Shown: in pieces, positions 1 to 10,716 of the stretch | How positions within the stretch are numbered: the first letter of the stretch is position 1 | Layout: every line of letters begins with the position of its first letter | Assembly (NCBI GenBank): GCA_026390935.1 | Contig: JAPLEZ010000153.1 | Location: 4,052 to 68,051 of the forward strand | Direction: 5' to 3' | Origin: Bacteroidota bacterium | GTDB taxonomy: Bacteria; Bacteroidota; Bacteroidia; Flavobacteriales_C; GCA-002722245 | DNA: 64,000 nucleotides | The notes under the pieces: generated by a model | The model's input: only the letters and a program-made list of their open reading frames with translations | Databases searched by the model: none | What the model was told of the DNA's origin: nothing | Translations under genes and position numbers: made by a program

Positions 1-839
1 ACATCGACGTTGACAAATTAGAGGCGCTTTTAAAAGGTCATCCAAAAAATACTTTCGCAGGAATTGTTCCCGTGGCCTTCGCTGGCTGTCCGGTGCGTCT
101 TGAAAAGATAAGTGCCTTAGCCAAAGAGCACGGATTGTGGATAGTGGAAGATGCTTGTCATGCTCCAGGCGGCTATTTCAAGGATTCTAAAGGAAAACAA
201 ATTAAATGTGGAAGTACAATTTACTCCGATTTGTCTTGTTTTTCGTTTCATCCAGTGAAACATATCGCAGCGGGAGAAGGGGGAATGATTACTACTAGCA
301 ATCTTGAGCTTTACAATAAATTGAAATTGCTGCGCACTCATGGCATCACCAAAGAAGCTTCTTTGTTAAAGGAAAATCACGGCGGTTGGTATTATGAAAT
401 GCAGGAGTTGGGGTACAATTACAGAATTTCTGATATCAATGCAGCGTTGGCGTTGTCGCAGTTGAACCGTGCCGACAAAGGAATCACACGCCGACAAGAA
501 ATCGCAAAAAAGTATCGCGCAGCATTTGCGGATTTACCAATAAGCTATCAAAAGGAACAAAACGATTATTTCAATGCGTACCACTTGTATGTCATCGAAA
601 CCGATCGCAGAAAAGAACTGTATGATTTTTTAATCACACAGGGCATCTATTCGCAAATCCACTACATTCCTGTGCACATGCAGCCTTATTATAAAGGTTT
701 AGGATTTAAAAAAGGCGATTTTCCAGTAGCTGAAAGGTATTATGAAAGATGCATTAGTTTACCTATGTACGCTTCAATCAGTGATGCGGAATTGGATCAT
801 GTTATTTCTTCTGTAAAAAACTTTTTTAATGTCAATTGA
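1..839 (+). CDS. DegT/DnrJ/EryC1/StrS-family sugar aminotransferase (PLP-dependent); 5'-truncated by window edge, frame continues from nt 3; probable PseC-like step
   Basis: Translation from nt 3 (IDVDKLEALL...) continues into the track ORF; motifs IVEDACHAPGGYF, FSFHPVKHIAAGEGG, TNN, typical DegT family C-terminal half; located in Pse locus. Confidence 0.75.
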   Translation, partial: IDVDKLEALLKGHPKNTFAGIVPVAFAGCPVRLEKISALAKEHGLWIVEDACHAPGGYFKDSKGKQIKCGSTIYSDLSCFSFHPVKHIAAGEGGMITTSNLELYNKLKLLRTHGITKEASLLKENHGGWYYEMQELGYNYRISDINAALALSQLNRADKGITRRQEIAKKYRAAFADLPISYQKEQNDYFNAYHLYVIETDRRKELYDFLITQGIYSQIHYIPVHMQPYYKGLGFKKGDFPVAERYYERCISLPMYASISDAELDHVISSVKNFFNVN

Positions 840-2469
840 TAAAATTATTCTTGGCACTGTCCAGCTGGGTTTGAGTTACGGCATTAACTCAACGGGGAAA
901 ATTCTTTCGGAACAAGAAGCAATACAAATTTTACAACAGGCAAAATCAGCAGGTATAAAAGTTTTGGATACCGCTAAAGCTTATGGCAATGCCATGAATA
1001 TCATTGGCTTGTACCATAAGGAAGGACAGGTGTTTGAAGTGATTTCCAAATTTCATATTCATGAAAATTTTGGATTCATTGTGGAATACAAAAACGATTT
1101 AAAAGCATTGAACATTTCTAAAATGTATGCTTTGTTGTTTCATGATTTCTTGGATTACCAAAACAATGCAGAGTACTTTAAAAAACTGAAGCAATTAAAA
1201 GAAGAGAATTTACTAGAAAAAATTGGTGTGTCGGTGTATACCAACGACGAGTTTGCAAAAGTAATTGATGATGAAAATGTTGATTTGATTCAGTTGCCTT
1301 TTAATTTACTTGATAATTATAATTTGCGTGGGGAATTGCTGAAAAAGGCAAAGCAAAAAAACAAGGAAATTCACGTCCGATCTATCTTTTTACAAGGATT
1401 GTTTTACAAAGATGTTGATCAGGTTCCCGAAAAACTAAAGAGTTTAAAACCATATCTTACAAAGATCAAAAGCATTGCTGATGATTTTAATATCAGTGTG
1501 TCGGAACTCGCTTTTATGTATGCTTTGCAGCAAAAGGAAATTGATAAGGTAGTGTTTGGTGTTGATAATCTATCTCAGCTGAACCTGAACATTGAGCTAA
1601 TTAAAAAACTGCCTTCATTTTCAGTGACGGAAAGAGTAAACAAAGAAATTTCTGTAAAAGATGTTCAGCTGTTAAACCCTTATAATTGGCGAACTAAAAC
1701 AGCTTTGATTACACAGGCCAGAACAGGGTCTTCTCGTTTGCCGGGAAAAGTTTTGAAAAAAGTAAATGGCGAAACATTGTTGGATATTCATTTGAAAAGA
1801 TTGGCGAAATGCAAAACCATTGATCATTTTGTTGTCGCCACTACCGTCAAAGATACCGATGTTGCTATTGAAAAAATTGCCCTTGAAAAAGGTTGGAATT
1901 GTTTTCGTGGTTCGGAAAGCAATGTGCTGGAAAGATTTTATAAATCGCTTCCTGAAAATGAATACGATTATGTGGTAAGGGTGACCTCTGATTGTCCGCT
2001 AGTTGACGCAGAAATTGTAGATGAACTGGTGAAGTATACCATAGAAAATAAATTGGATTACTGCACCAATTCCCTCAGTCATCAATATCCCGATGGAGTG
2101 GATGTGGAGGTGTTTACCTATAAGGCTTTGCAATATTCATGGCAAAATGCAATTGATAAATTAGACAAAGAGCACGTGACTTTGTTCATGACTCGACATT
2201 CCAATTTGGAAGGCGGAAAAATATTTAACGGGGCCGATTATCCTTCCAATTTAAACATGGGAGATTTTCGTGTTACTGTAGATGAACAATCGGATTTTGA
2301 CTTGGTGGAAAAACTGATTCTTAAGTTGGGATCTGATAAAAACTGGAAAGAATATATTGCAGTTCTTCAGCAGGACAAGGCTCTGGCCGAAATCAATAAA
2401 GGTATTGTAAGAAATGTGGGTTATTTAAAAGCACTCGAAGAAGAAGAAAAGAAAAAATTAAATAAATAG
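829..2469 (+). CDS. Fusion protein: N-terminal aldo/keto reductase domain + C-terminal acylneuraminate/pseudaminic-acid cytidylyltransferase (SpsF/PseF-like) domain
   Basis: N-term GTVQLGLSYG...LDTAKAYGNA (AKR signature); C-term TKTALITQARTGSSRLPGKVLKKV...DHFVVATT (CMP-sugar cytidylyltransferase GxSxRLPxK motif). Confidence 0.65.
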   Translation: MSIDKIILGTVQLGLSYGINSTGKILSEQEAIQILQQAKSAGIKVLDTAKAYGNAMNIIGLYHKEGQVFEVISKFHIHENFGFIVEYKNDLKALNISKMYALLFHDFLDYQNNAEYFKKLKQLKEENLLEKIGVSVYTNDEFAKVIDDENVDLIQLPFNLLDNYNLRGELLKKAKQKNKEIHVRSIFLQGLFYKDVDQVPEKLKSLKPYLTKIKSIADDFNISVSELAFMYALQQKEIDKVVFGVDNLSQLNLNIELIKKLPSFSVTERVNKEISVKDVQLLNPYNWRTKTALITQARTGSSRLPGKVLKKVNGETLLDIHLKRLAKCKTIDHFVVATTVKDTDVAIEKIALEKGWNCFRGSESNVLERFYKSLPENEYDYVVRVTSDCPLVDAEIVDELVKYTIENKLDYCTNSLSHQYPDGVDVEVFTYKALQYSWQNAIDKLDKEHVTLFMTRHSNLEGGKIFNGADYPSNLNMGDFRVTVDEQSDFDLVEKLILKLGSDKNWKEYIAVLQQDKALAEINKGIVRNVGYLKALEEEEKKKLNK

Positions 2470-2470
2470 C

Positions 2471-3760
2471 ATGAGCACTAAATTCAAAAAATCAGAAGAG
2501 TTATTGAAAATTGTTGAAACCGTGATTCCACTGGGTTCACAAACGTTCAGCAAAAGTAAAGTAAATTACCCTTTTGGTGTTTCTCCTTATTTTGCAAAGA
2601 AGGCGAAAGGCGCTTATTTGTGGGATGTGGACGACAATAAATATGTGGATTACATCAGCTCATTATTGTCGGTAACCTTAGGTTATGCCGATGAAGATGT
2701 AAATAAAGCAGTTGCTGCGCAGTTGGAACTGGGTTCTATTTTTTCCATCGCCAGTGAATTGGAATACGAAGTAGGAAAAGCAATTTGCGAAATGGTGCCT
2801 TGTGCCGAAATGGTGCGTTTTGGAAAAAACGGATCCGATGCCACTGCTGGTGCTGTTCGATTGGCACGTGCGGTGACCAAACGCGATGATGTAATCGTTT
2901 GTGGATATCATGGCTGGCAAGATTGGTACATTGGTTCTACTACTCGTAATCTTGGAGTACCAAAAGCAACTTCTGATTTAACACATACTTTTCAGTACAA
3001 TGATATTTCATCGTTGGAAGAACAGTTTAAAAAATTGCAAGGCAAAGTAGCTGCTGTGGTGATGGAACCTACGAACGTTTATCCTCCTGCAGAAGGGTTT
3101 TTACAACAGGTAAAGGATCTGGCTCATAAAAATGGTGCCTTGTTAATTTTTGATGAAACCATTACTGGTTTCCGATTTGCAAAAGGTGGTGCGCAGGAAT
3201 TGTATGGCGTAACTCCCGATTTGGCAACGTTTGGAAAAGGTTTGGCCAATGGCTTCCCTCTATCTGCTATCGCCGGAAAAAGAGAATACATGAAACTAAT
3301 GGAGGAAGTGTTTTTCTCTTTCACTTTTGGAGGCGATACTTTGTCTTTAGCGGCTTCCAAAGCCAATCTTATCAAGTTAAATACACAACCTATTTTAGAG
3401 TCTATTCATAATTATGGAAACCAGGTGATTGATCAACTGGTGAAAAAAATATCCGATCATCAACTTGATGAATTCTTTGAAGTGAAAGGACATCCGGCAT
3501 GGAGCTTCTTAATTTTTAAAGAGCAAAAACAATTGGACGGGATGGAATTAACCACTTTAATGGTTCAGGAGATGCTGGATCAGGGCTTGATATATTTAGG
3601 GACACACAACATGAATTACTGTCACAGAGAGGCTGAAATCAAGCAATTGATGAATGGTTATGATGTGTTCTTCTCCAAAGTAAACGAAGCTTTGAAAAAA
3701 GGAAATATCAGCAGCTTGTTGAATTGCAAGCCGTTAGTGCCTTTGTTTAAAGTGCGATAA
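2471..3760 (+). CDS. Class III PLP aminotransferase, glutamate-1-semialdehyde 2,1-aminomutase-like (SpsC/HemL-like), polysaccharide-locus associated
   Basis: FDETITGFRFAKGG...TFGKGLANGFPLSAIAG (PLP-Lys region of GSA-aminomutase family), length 429 aa. Confidence 0.65.
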   Translation: MSTKFKKSEELLKIVETVIPLGSQTFSKSKVNYPFGVSPYFAKKAKGAYLWDVDDNKYVDYISSLLSVTLGYADEDVNKAVAAQLELGSIFSIASELEYEVGKAICEMVPCAEMVRFGKNGSDATAGAVRLARAVTKRDDVIVCGYHGWQDWYIGSTTRNLGVPKATSDLTHTFQYNDISSLEEQFKKLQGKVAAVVMEPTNVYPPAEGFLQQVKDLAHKNGALLIFDETITGFRFAKGGAQELYGVTPDLATFGKGLANGFPLSAIAGKREYMKLMEEVFFSFTFGGDTLSLAASKANLIKLNTQPILESIHNYGNQVIDQLVKKISDHQLDEFFEVKGHPAWSFLIFKEQKQLDGMELTTLMVQEMLDQGLIYLGTHNMNYCHREAEIKQLMNGYDVFFSKVNEALKKGNISSLLNCKPLVPLFKVR

Positions 3761-3805
3761 TTTACCTGTTTCTCGAAATCCTCCTTCCTCCGCACAGTCA
3801 ACGCA

Positions 3806-3905
3806 CTCCTCCTTTTTCAAAGGAGGAAGTAAGTTAGCTGGCATTTCCTGAAAAACATATTTGATAATGGATGAGCGCTGCTCTTCTCCCTTTGGAAAAG
3901 GGAGA
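3806..3905. terminator. Two stem-loops between convergent genes (cctcc-tttttcaaa-ggagg at ~3806-3830; tctccc-tttggaaaa-gggaga at ~3885-3905); probable bidirectional terminators
   Basis: Inverted repeats read directly in sequence; located between + gene ending 3760 and - gene ending 3967. Confidence 0.4.
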
Positions 3906-3966
3906 GTGCGAGGGATTCTGTGTGATGGCAAGAGGGATTTTGGGTCCTGGAATAAAGAAAGTAAAA

Positions 3967-5433
3967 TCACTTTCTCTGTATTCCCAAAAAGTCGAATAAC
4001 TCCGCTTTTCTTTTAAAGAAAATAATCCCTACTGCAGTGGAAATGATTGCTATCATTAGCGCTTGCGCAATGAAGTAGGCGTTTGTGAAAGGGAAATCAA
4101 TGATGATAAACTGATACAACAGCGCCACGCCAAATAAAACCACCAGCATTATTTTATTGTGAAAATATCGTTTTTTATCCACGGAAATATTAGAAACCTG
4201 TGCGTAAAAAATGCTGAATACAATGAAGTCCATTCCGCCAATAATCAGCGACAAATACTCAAATGGAAGGCTTAAAGATTTGTACAGAAAATAACCTAAG
4301 GCAAAAATTCCAATGCTGATAATAGACAAAATCACGTAAGTATTCTCTTTGTCTTTAGCGATGAAAACCTGTTTGAGCATGGCATAAGCACCTTTGATTA
4401 TTCCCGAAAAAGTCATGAGGTAAAACAATTTCAATCCTTCCTGAAAAGCCGGTTTATCATGGAAAAACAAGCGAACCAAGCAATCGATAAAAATGGATGC
4501 GAAAGGAAAAAGGAACAAACAAATCAGGAAATAAAACAAAATAGAATTGTGCAGTAGTTGTTCTGATTTTACTTTATCAGATTCTGCCAGAGCCATGATT
4601 TTAGGCTGAAGTGCGGTGATGAAAATCCCTGAAACTGCTATCATCAGCCAACCGAAGGTGAGTCCGAGGGAATAGGCGCCATAGCCCTCCGAAGAGAAGA
4701 TCCACAGCACAAACCATTGATCGCAGGTGCTGTTCAGGGTTTCCGCAATAGAGATAAAAAACAGGCGCAGATAACCTCTGATGTTTTTGAAAAGTGTGAA
4801 ATCAAAAGTGAGTTTGGCACGAAGATCCACTCTTTTGTAAATGTACATGAAGAGAAAAAATTCAGTAACGGCCGTTGCCAACACACCACCGATAGCACCA
4901 TAATAGTAAATTCCAAACACCACGAAGGTCACCGATAAAATGTTGTTTAAAATATCCACCGTTATTCCAAGGCGGTACTGTTGAATGCCCAAAGCGTAGG
5001 TCATGAAAAACTCACGCAGTTTATAAAATATGGTGGATGGAATTAAAATCAATAAGGCGATTTGGTAAAATTCTGCGTTGGTTCCCGATATGAAAAATCC
5101 TATGATGGTGAGGTAAATGGCAGAGATCGCAAAAGAAAAAACAATGAAGGAATACGCCTGGTCACTCAGTTCCTGCGATTGTTTGATGTTTCCGTTCAAA
5201 TACAATTGCGGTAATTTTTTGGAGAAATAAGCACGTGCACCAAAATCGGAAAATTGTAAGTAACGTGTGAAAAGTGCTACGGAAGTGAAGAGTCCGTAAC
5301 TCGCTTCCGACAAAATTTTAGGTATGATCAATCCGCGCAGCAACTTCACCGCCATCATTACAACTGTACCAATGGTGCTCCATTTGAAGCCACTGACAAC
5401 ATTGATTGATTTTTTTTCTCCTTCTGTGCTCAT
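3967..5433 (-). CDS. Polysaccharide biosynthesis membrane protein, Wzx/MOP-flippase-like (multi-TM)
   Basis: ~490 aa highly hydrophobic with ~12 predicted TM stretches, N-term MSTEGEKKSINVVSGFKWS typical of Wzx/polysaccharide biosynthesis protein family; start moved to internal Met (5433) to avoid overlap with upstream gene. Confidence 0.5.
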   Translation of the reverse strand: MSTEGEKKSINVVSGFKWSTIGTVVMMAVKLLRGLIIPKILSEASYGLFTSVALFTRYLQFSDFGARAYFSKKLPQLYLNGNIKQSQELSDQAYSFIVFSFAISAIYLTIIGFFISGTNAEFYQIALLILIPSTIFYKLREFFMTYALGIQQYRLGITVDILNNILSVTFVVFGIYYYGAIGGVLATAVTEFFLFMYIYKRVDLRAKLTFDFTLFKNIRGYLRLFFISIAETLNSTCDQWFVLWIFSSEGYGAYSLGLTFGWLMIAVSGIFITALQPKIMALAESDKVKSEQLLHNSILFYFLICLFLFPFASIFIDCLVRLFFHDKPAFQEGLKLFYLMTFSGIIKGAYAMLKQVFIAKDKENTYVILSIISIGIFALGYFLYKSLSLPFEYLSLIIGGMDFIVFSIFYAQVSNISVDKKRYFHNKIMLVVLFGVALLYQFIIIDFPFTNAYFIAQALMIAIISTAVGIIFFKRKAELFDFLGIQRK

Positions 5434-7232
5434 GATTTTTGCGAGGTAAATTCGCGGATGATACTGTCCATCCAAATAAATTTCATCAGGAATGGAAGGC
5501 GGTTGGCCTGAATGTTTTTCGACATGTTTTTAAAATCGTTCAGCACTTCTTGGCTGATGATGCCCTCATATATTTCCCATTTCGTTTGCGAAAGGTTGTC
5601 CATGAGGTAATCGTAAAATTTCCTGTTGCTCAGCCATGCATTGTAGAGGAAAGTAGTGGACGAAGAGTCGTTCGGATCTGATCGGTTGATGATGTAATCG
5701 GGCATGTTCAGTTTAGTTCGACTCAATTTAATGTTGGGATATTTTGCATAAAACCAGTATTTCCAGTTCGGTTTAAGCATCACTAAATTTTCCAAAACAG
5801 AAAGATGTGTGTATGGAAGGTAAACATTTCTCCCGTAGATCAAAGGCAAATTGATGGTGGAGCGATTGGCTGATCCCTGCATGTATGTGTGCTGATAAAT
5901 CAATTGAAAATAGCCGTGAAAACTCAGTCCGGGCCATTTGCTTAAAATAGGCTGAATGTATTCGTCGTACATCCAGTCGGCCAGTTGACGAATCTCTGTC
6001 ACAGAGCGGTATCCTGGATCATTTTCCCAGAATGGCATATTCTTCATTTCCATGGCCAAACCGAGCAAATAGTCTTTATCGCTAAAGATGTTGGAAGAAA
6101 TATTGTAGTTCTTTTTATAGTAGATTTTCATCAGCCAGTTGGAGAGGAAATTCTGGATGAAGTTGGGATTGTCTTTGTATGAAAATTGAAAATTTCTTGC
6201 GAAGAGTCCGCCCAAACCGGTTATTTTTAATCCTTTCCTCATCGGGAATCCCGCAGCACCAAAAGATAAAACGCTATCGGCATTTTGTCCGCTGATGATT
6301 AAATTGTCTTTTTCAATTTGACTGGCTACTGGTCCGAAGGCAATAGCAGGTGCGTATTCATTGAACAAAAAATCTTTCAGCTCCACAAAATCACGCATTA
6401 TCTGATCGGAAGAATAATCGTAATTGAGTTTTTTGTGTGTGATTTTTTCTTCGGCGGCGAGTTTTTCAGAGTAGTATAAATCGTAGTCATTGTCGATCAT
6501 CTTATCTTTTTTCAATCCGCCGATGATTTCCGTCACAGTGTCTAGCTTGCTGCGATCGGCGCCGTTGGCCATTAAAAATTTCAAGAGAAAAGAAGAATCC
6601 ATTCCTCCCGATAAGTACAACGAATAGTGATCGTAATTTTCAAAATAAGTGCTGAAAGATTCTTTGAGCGTGTTGTAAAACTCATCTACAAAATCTTCTC
6701 CATCAATTCTCCTGGAAGCATCAATTTGCATGTAAGTGCTTAGAGAATAAAAAGTTCCTTTTACCTCGTAAATACTAGCGGGCTCAAATTTGCTGATTTC
6801 ATTGAAGAGCGTGTGTTTTGACGGCGTGTAGTTGTTCAGCATGAATAATTTAACAGCGTTTTTGTTCACTGTAAATTCTTTGCATTCTGCTTTGAAATCT
6901 TTGTAGTTGTCGCTGATGACGAGCTTTTCCCGACTTTGATACGCATACAATTTTAATGCAGCGTATGGATCGGTCACCACAAATAAAGCATCGTTATTGC
7001 GGATGATGAAATAAAAATGGCTCGGAAGACTTTTGTACAATTTATTGACGAAAGTCGCCAATGACATGTTGTTGAAGTGTGCTGCAAAAAACTGTTTAAA
7101 AGCGCCAAACATTTTTTCATTGAGTCCGCCAAACACCAACACTGAAGCATCTTTCACTTCAAACTGATAGTTTTTGAAAACAGAATTTTTGTCAATGGAT
7201 ATAGCGCCTGAGGCGTCAACAACTATTTTCAT
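5430..7232 (-). CDS. Asparagine-synthetase-family PP-loop amidotransferase lacking N-terminal Cys nucleophile (PseA/WbpS-like sugar amidotransferase candidate)
   Basis: SLYLSGGMDSSFLLKF (SGGxDSS PP-loop of AsnB C-domain); starts MKIVVD (no Cys2). Confidence 0.55.
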   Translation of the reverse strand: MKIVVDASGAISIDKNSVFKNYQFEVKDASVLVFGGLNEKMFGAFKQFFAAHFNNMSLATFVNKLYKSLPSHFYFIIRNNDALFVVTDPYAALKLYAYQSREKLVISDNYKDFKAECKEFTVNKNAVKLFMLNNYTPSKHTLFNEISKFEPASIYEVKGTFYSLSTYMQIDASRRIDGEDFVDEFYNTLKESFSTYFENYDHYSLYLSGGMDSSFLLKFLMANGADRSKLDTVTEIIGGLKKDKMIDNDYDLYYSEKLAAEEKITHKKLNYDYSSDQIMRDFVELKDFLFNEYAPAIAFGPVASQIEKDNLIISGQNADSVLSFGAAGFPMRKGLKITGLGGLFARNFQFSYKDNPNFIQNFLSNWLMKIYYKKNYNISSNIFSDKDYLLGLAMEMKNMPFWENDPGYRSVTEIRQLADWMYDEYIQPILSKWPGLSFHGYFQLIYQHTYMQGSANRSTINLPLIYGRNVYLPYTHLSVLENLVMLKPNWKYWFYAKYPNIKLSRTKLNMPDYIINRSDPNDSSSTTFLYNAWLSNRKFYDYLMDNLSQTKWEIYEGIISQEVLNDFKNMSKNIQANRLPFLMKFIWMDSIIREFTSQKS

Positions 7233-8725
7233 CCTATAATTTTTCTTGCTTTTAGTTCAGCTGTAAATGATTGTTTTACGTTGGAGTAATTTTCTTTGTG
7301 ATCGGCAAAGGAATCGATTAAATTTTCCATCAGCGGCAATTGTCCTTTGTGCGATCCGCTGTATTTTCCGGCCAATAGCGCCAAAGCGTGTTTTTCAATT
7401 TCTTGTTCAGAAGGTTTTTCTTTTTTTAAGATATCTCTGATCATGCCTGGAAGTTCCCAGTAGCTCGGACAGTAATGAATCAAATTGGTGCTATTGAAAG
7501 CATATTTGGCAAACATGATGGATGGTTTACCGATGAACATTCCTTCCAGCGCGATGGTTCCCACAATGGTGATGATCAGCTCACAATTTTTTACCAGTTG
7601 TATACTGTTGATGCCATGGGCCAGTAAAATCACATTTTTGAGTTTGGTGATTTCGAGGTAAAATTCAACATCTCTTAAGCCCACCATTACCGAGTGTTCC
7701 TTCACCACCAAAAAATGTCCTGCTGGAATGCTGTTGGCGGCATTGCGGATGAGGGAAACCTGATCGTTGTAGTATTTGCCCAATCCATCTGTGGAATATT
7801 CGGGTTGGTAATGCAGTAAGAAAACACAGTATTTGATGTTTTCCGGAAGTTTAGGCACCGTTAATTTGTTGTAATCGGCATGACGTTTTCTTTCGCGTAT
7901 CATTCGGCGCACTTTTGCCGACAATCCTTTTTCCTGTGCGCTCAGCAAAATATTGGTGCGTTGTTCCTCTTTGTCGAAGCGCTTGAAAGCACGAAAAAAC
8001 TTTTTGCTTATTTCTTTAATCGACAATTGCGAAACATCGGTATATCCCGCTGGCGTTTGGGTTTGCAAAACGCTGTAACTCGGCTTTTCAAATTTTTTGG
8101 CAATGCGATCGTAAATGGGGTAAACTACCTCATGTACTTCTTGCGGAATCCCTTGCTGTACATATTTGTGGTAGTGTTCCACTGCACTTTTCCATTCCCA
8201 GTTGAAAGTATCTTCCAAACAAAATCTTTCAAAATAGCGCGTAGGAATTGGATATAAATATTCTTTGCCTTTGCTGTTGAAAAGGCGTTTGGCGTAACGG
8301 TAAAATGCAAGCGTATATTCTCCCAAACCAACAATTGGCTGGTATTTGTTGAAAGCATCAGTTAAAATTTGTGTGCCGTAATTGTAGTATTGAACGATGA
8401 AAGCTGGATCATTTTTCGCTTCCACAAAGCGATCCATTTTCAGGTCTTCCCACATAAAGGAAGTATTGGTTTCTTTTTCAAGATTTAAAATGCAATCGTT
8501 GATCTTTAAATCATATACCGAAAAATTTTCTTTGGGATTGAAGCCCTGAGTAAGATCGATAATTTCATCGTAGCATTTCAAAGGTTTGCTGAAAGCCACA
8601 GCCGATTTTCCCTGCACAAAAAGAATGACTTTGTGATTTGCACCCAGTTCCTTAAATGCTTCTGCAAAAACAGCGTACCACTTGATTTGCGCTACGTGTG
8701 AGCAGATGAACATAGTTTTTTCCAT
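7229..8725 (-). CDS. Hypothetical protein in polysaccharide locus (possibly capsule-polysaccharide-biosynthesis/KpsS-like glycosyl transferase fold)
   Basis: 498-aa soluble ORF with translational overlap (ATGA) to upstream gene; no motif confidently recognised. Confidence 0.3.
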   Translation of the reverse strand: MEKTMFICSHVAQIKWYAVFAEAFKELGANHKVILFVQGKSAVAFSKPLKCYDEIIDLTQGFNPKENFSVYDLKINDCILNLEKETNTSFMWEDLKMDRFVEAKNDPAFIVQYYNYGTQILTDAFNKYQPIVGLGEYTLAFYRYAKRLFNSKGKEYLYPIPTRYFERFCLEDTFNWEWKSAVEHYHKYVQQGIPQEVHEVVYPIYDRIAKKFEKPSYSVLQTQTPAGYTDVSQLSIKEISKKFFRAFKRFDKEEQRTNILLSAQEKGLSAKVRRMIRERKRHADYNKLTVPKLPENIKYCVFLLHYQPEYSTDGLGKYYNDQVSLIRNAANSIPAGHFLVVKEHSVMVGLRDVEFYLEITKLKNVILLAHGINSIQLVKNCELIITIVGTIALEGMFIGKPSIMFAKYAFNSTNLIHYCPSYWELPGMIRDILKKEKPSEQEIEKHALALLAGKYSGSHKGQLPLMENLIDSFADHKENYSNVKQSFTAELKARKIIG

Positions 8726-8898
8726 CGACTTGATATAGTGAAATTAGAGTGTTTAAAAAGGTGTTTAAATTTCGAACAAAGATATAAATATGCATTGATT
8801 TCACACTTTATTTTAATCCCTGTGTATAAATAGTATTATTTTTTATCTTTAGCCTCTGTAATTAAGGTACAGCACATTAATTGTAATATAAAAGAGGG

Positions 8899-9705
8899 AT
8901 GTATAATATACTTAAAAAAGTAGGCTTGAATTTTGGATTTTCTGCCTTCAATGCTTTAGGTTTCAGGAATTATTTTTTAACACTTGTCAGTTTAGTATTA
9001 AGTATTCCTCAGATTTTTGCCAAAAAAGATTTATCGCCTTTTGATAAAAAGGTGGGCAATGTAACCAATACTTTAAAAGTTAATTTTTTCGGTAAAAAAG
9101 TTGTTTTTCCGGTAAAGGAAATTGAGCAAATTATTCAGGAGGAAAGTTATACTTATGGTGTAATCAGAGAAATGGTTTTCAGAAAATGTTATTTTCAAAA
9201 CATTTCAAAGGAGGAACTTAGTTCGGTTAAAACAGTAGTTGATCTTGGTGCTAACAGAGGGGCCTTTTCTACTTTAATGACTTCCTTTGCTGATCAGATT
9301 ATTGCCGTTGAATGTCAGGAAAAATACCAAACTACTTTTAGATTGTTGATGAAGGAAAATAATTACACTAATTATAAGCTGGTCAACAAATACATTTGTG
9401 GAAGAGAGCAAGGTGAGCAATTCATGACTTTTGACCAATTGCTGGATTCCAATAATATTAAAACGCTTGATTTTCTTAAAATTGATATAGAAGGAAGTGA
9501 GTACGGTTTGTTTGAGAATTCAAAGCGCTTGAAAGATGTAAAACACATTGCTATGGAAGTTCACCCCGATAAAGGAAATCCCCAAGAGTTGGTTGATGTT
9601 TTTGTGAAAAATGGATTTGAAGTAAAGGCAGTCAATCGTGTATTTGAAGCTACCACTGTCCCTAAGGAAATGGACTTTATCTATGCGAAAAGAAAGAAAT
9701 CTTAA
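8899..9705 (+). CDS. FkbM-family SAM-dependent methyltransferase
   Basis: VVDLGANRGAFS and LKIDIEGSEYGLF motifs characteristic of Methyltransf_21/FkbM. Confidence 0.7.
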   Translation: MYNILKKVGLNFGFSAFNALGFRNYFLTLVSLVLSIPQIFAKKDLSPFDKKVGNVTNTLKVNFFGKKVVFPVKEIEQIIQEESYTYGVIREMVFRKCYFQNISKEELSSVKTVVDLGANRGAFSTLMTSFADQIIAVECQEKYQTTFRLLMKENNYTNYKLVNKYICGREQGEQFMTFDQLLDSNNIKTLDFLKIDIEGSEYGLFENSKRLKDVKHIAMEVHPDKGNPQELVDVFVKNGFEVKAVNRVFEATTVPKEMDFIYAKRKKS

Positions 9706-9717
9706 AATAAAGAGGAT

Positions 9718-10716
9718 TTGAAAACAATTTATTTTCGTGCAGATGGAAATGAAAATATCGGTTTAGGTCACGTTTTTCGCTGCCTCTCTATTGCCCAATA
9801 TTTCGGGAAGGAATTCAAAAAAAAGTTTATTATTCATGCGCCATCTCCTGCATTGGCTGGGGAAATCCTTAAAATTTGTGATGAGGTGGTGGAGATTGGA
9901 GCGCCTGGAAATGAAGCTCGATATATGGCAGATGTTGTGTTAAAAGATGCGCATGCGTTGGTGTTGGATGGCTATAATTTCCGTGAGGAATACCTCAAGG
10001 AATTGAACGACGCTGGAGTGAAAACTGTATTTATTGATGATCTGCACGAATGGCCGATGCCGGTGAGTATTGTGGTGAATCATGCCCCTGGCACCACGGC
10101 CAAACATTACGAAGGACTTACCAGCGCTCAATTATTTTTAGGAACTAAGTATCTTTTGCTTCGCAAAGAATTTATTGAAGCCAATAAAATACCGCGTCAT
10201 ATCGCCAAACCCGAACGCTTATTTGTAAGCTTTGGTGGTGCCGACGTTCATAATATTTCTCTCAAAGCATTGAAAGCATTGAGAAAGGTGACGACCATCA
10301 CCAAAATCAATCTTGTTTTGGGAAGTGAGTATACCTTTCATGAAGAACTCAAAGAATATTTAAAAATGTTTCCCGACGAAAGATTAAATATATTCAGTAA
10401 TCTTTCGGCTGCCGGAATGGTGGAAACTATGTCGGAATGCGACTTTGCTCTTCTGCCTCCCAGCTCAATTTCTTTGGAGGCTTTATCAGTTCAATTGGGA
10501 ATTATCACCGGATTGACAGCCGATAATCAAAAAGACATACTTTCGGGCCTAAAAAAGTTTATTTTTGTGCGCGGAATTGAGCCCTTTTTTGAGATTAGCG
10601 AAGAAGGCTTGAAACTGGAAATAGAAAAGTACATGCTGGAGCACGCCAATGGCATTGGCTTTGACGAAGCGAAAATAGATTTATCGGAATTAATACAAGC
10701 AATAATAAAACTATGA
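9718..10716 (+). CDS. pseG: UDP-2,4-diacetamido-2,4,6-trideoxy-beta-L-altropyranose hydrolase (PseG)
   Basis: N-term MKTIYFRADGNENIGLGHVFRCLSIA matches PseG signature (RxDxxxxIGxGHxxRCLxLA); adjacent to pseI/pseH. Confidence 0.7.
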   Translation: MKTIYFRADGNENIGLGHVFRCLSIAQYFGKEFKKKFIIHAPSPALAGEILKICDEVVEIGAPGNEARYMADVVLKDAHALVLDGYNFREEYLKELNDAGVKTVFIDDLHEWPMPVSIVVNHAPGTTAKHYEGLTSAQLFLGTKYLLLRKEFIEANKIPRHIAKPERLFVSFGGADVHNISLKALKALRKVTTITKINLVLGSEYTFHEELKEYLKMFPDERLNIFSNLSAAGMVETMSECDFALLPPSSISLEALSVQLGIITGLTADNQKDILSGLKKFIFVRGIEPFFEISEEGLKLEIEKYMLEHANGIGFDEAKIDLSELIQAIIKL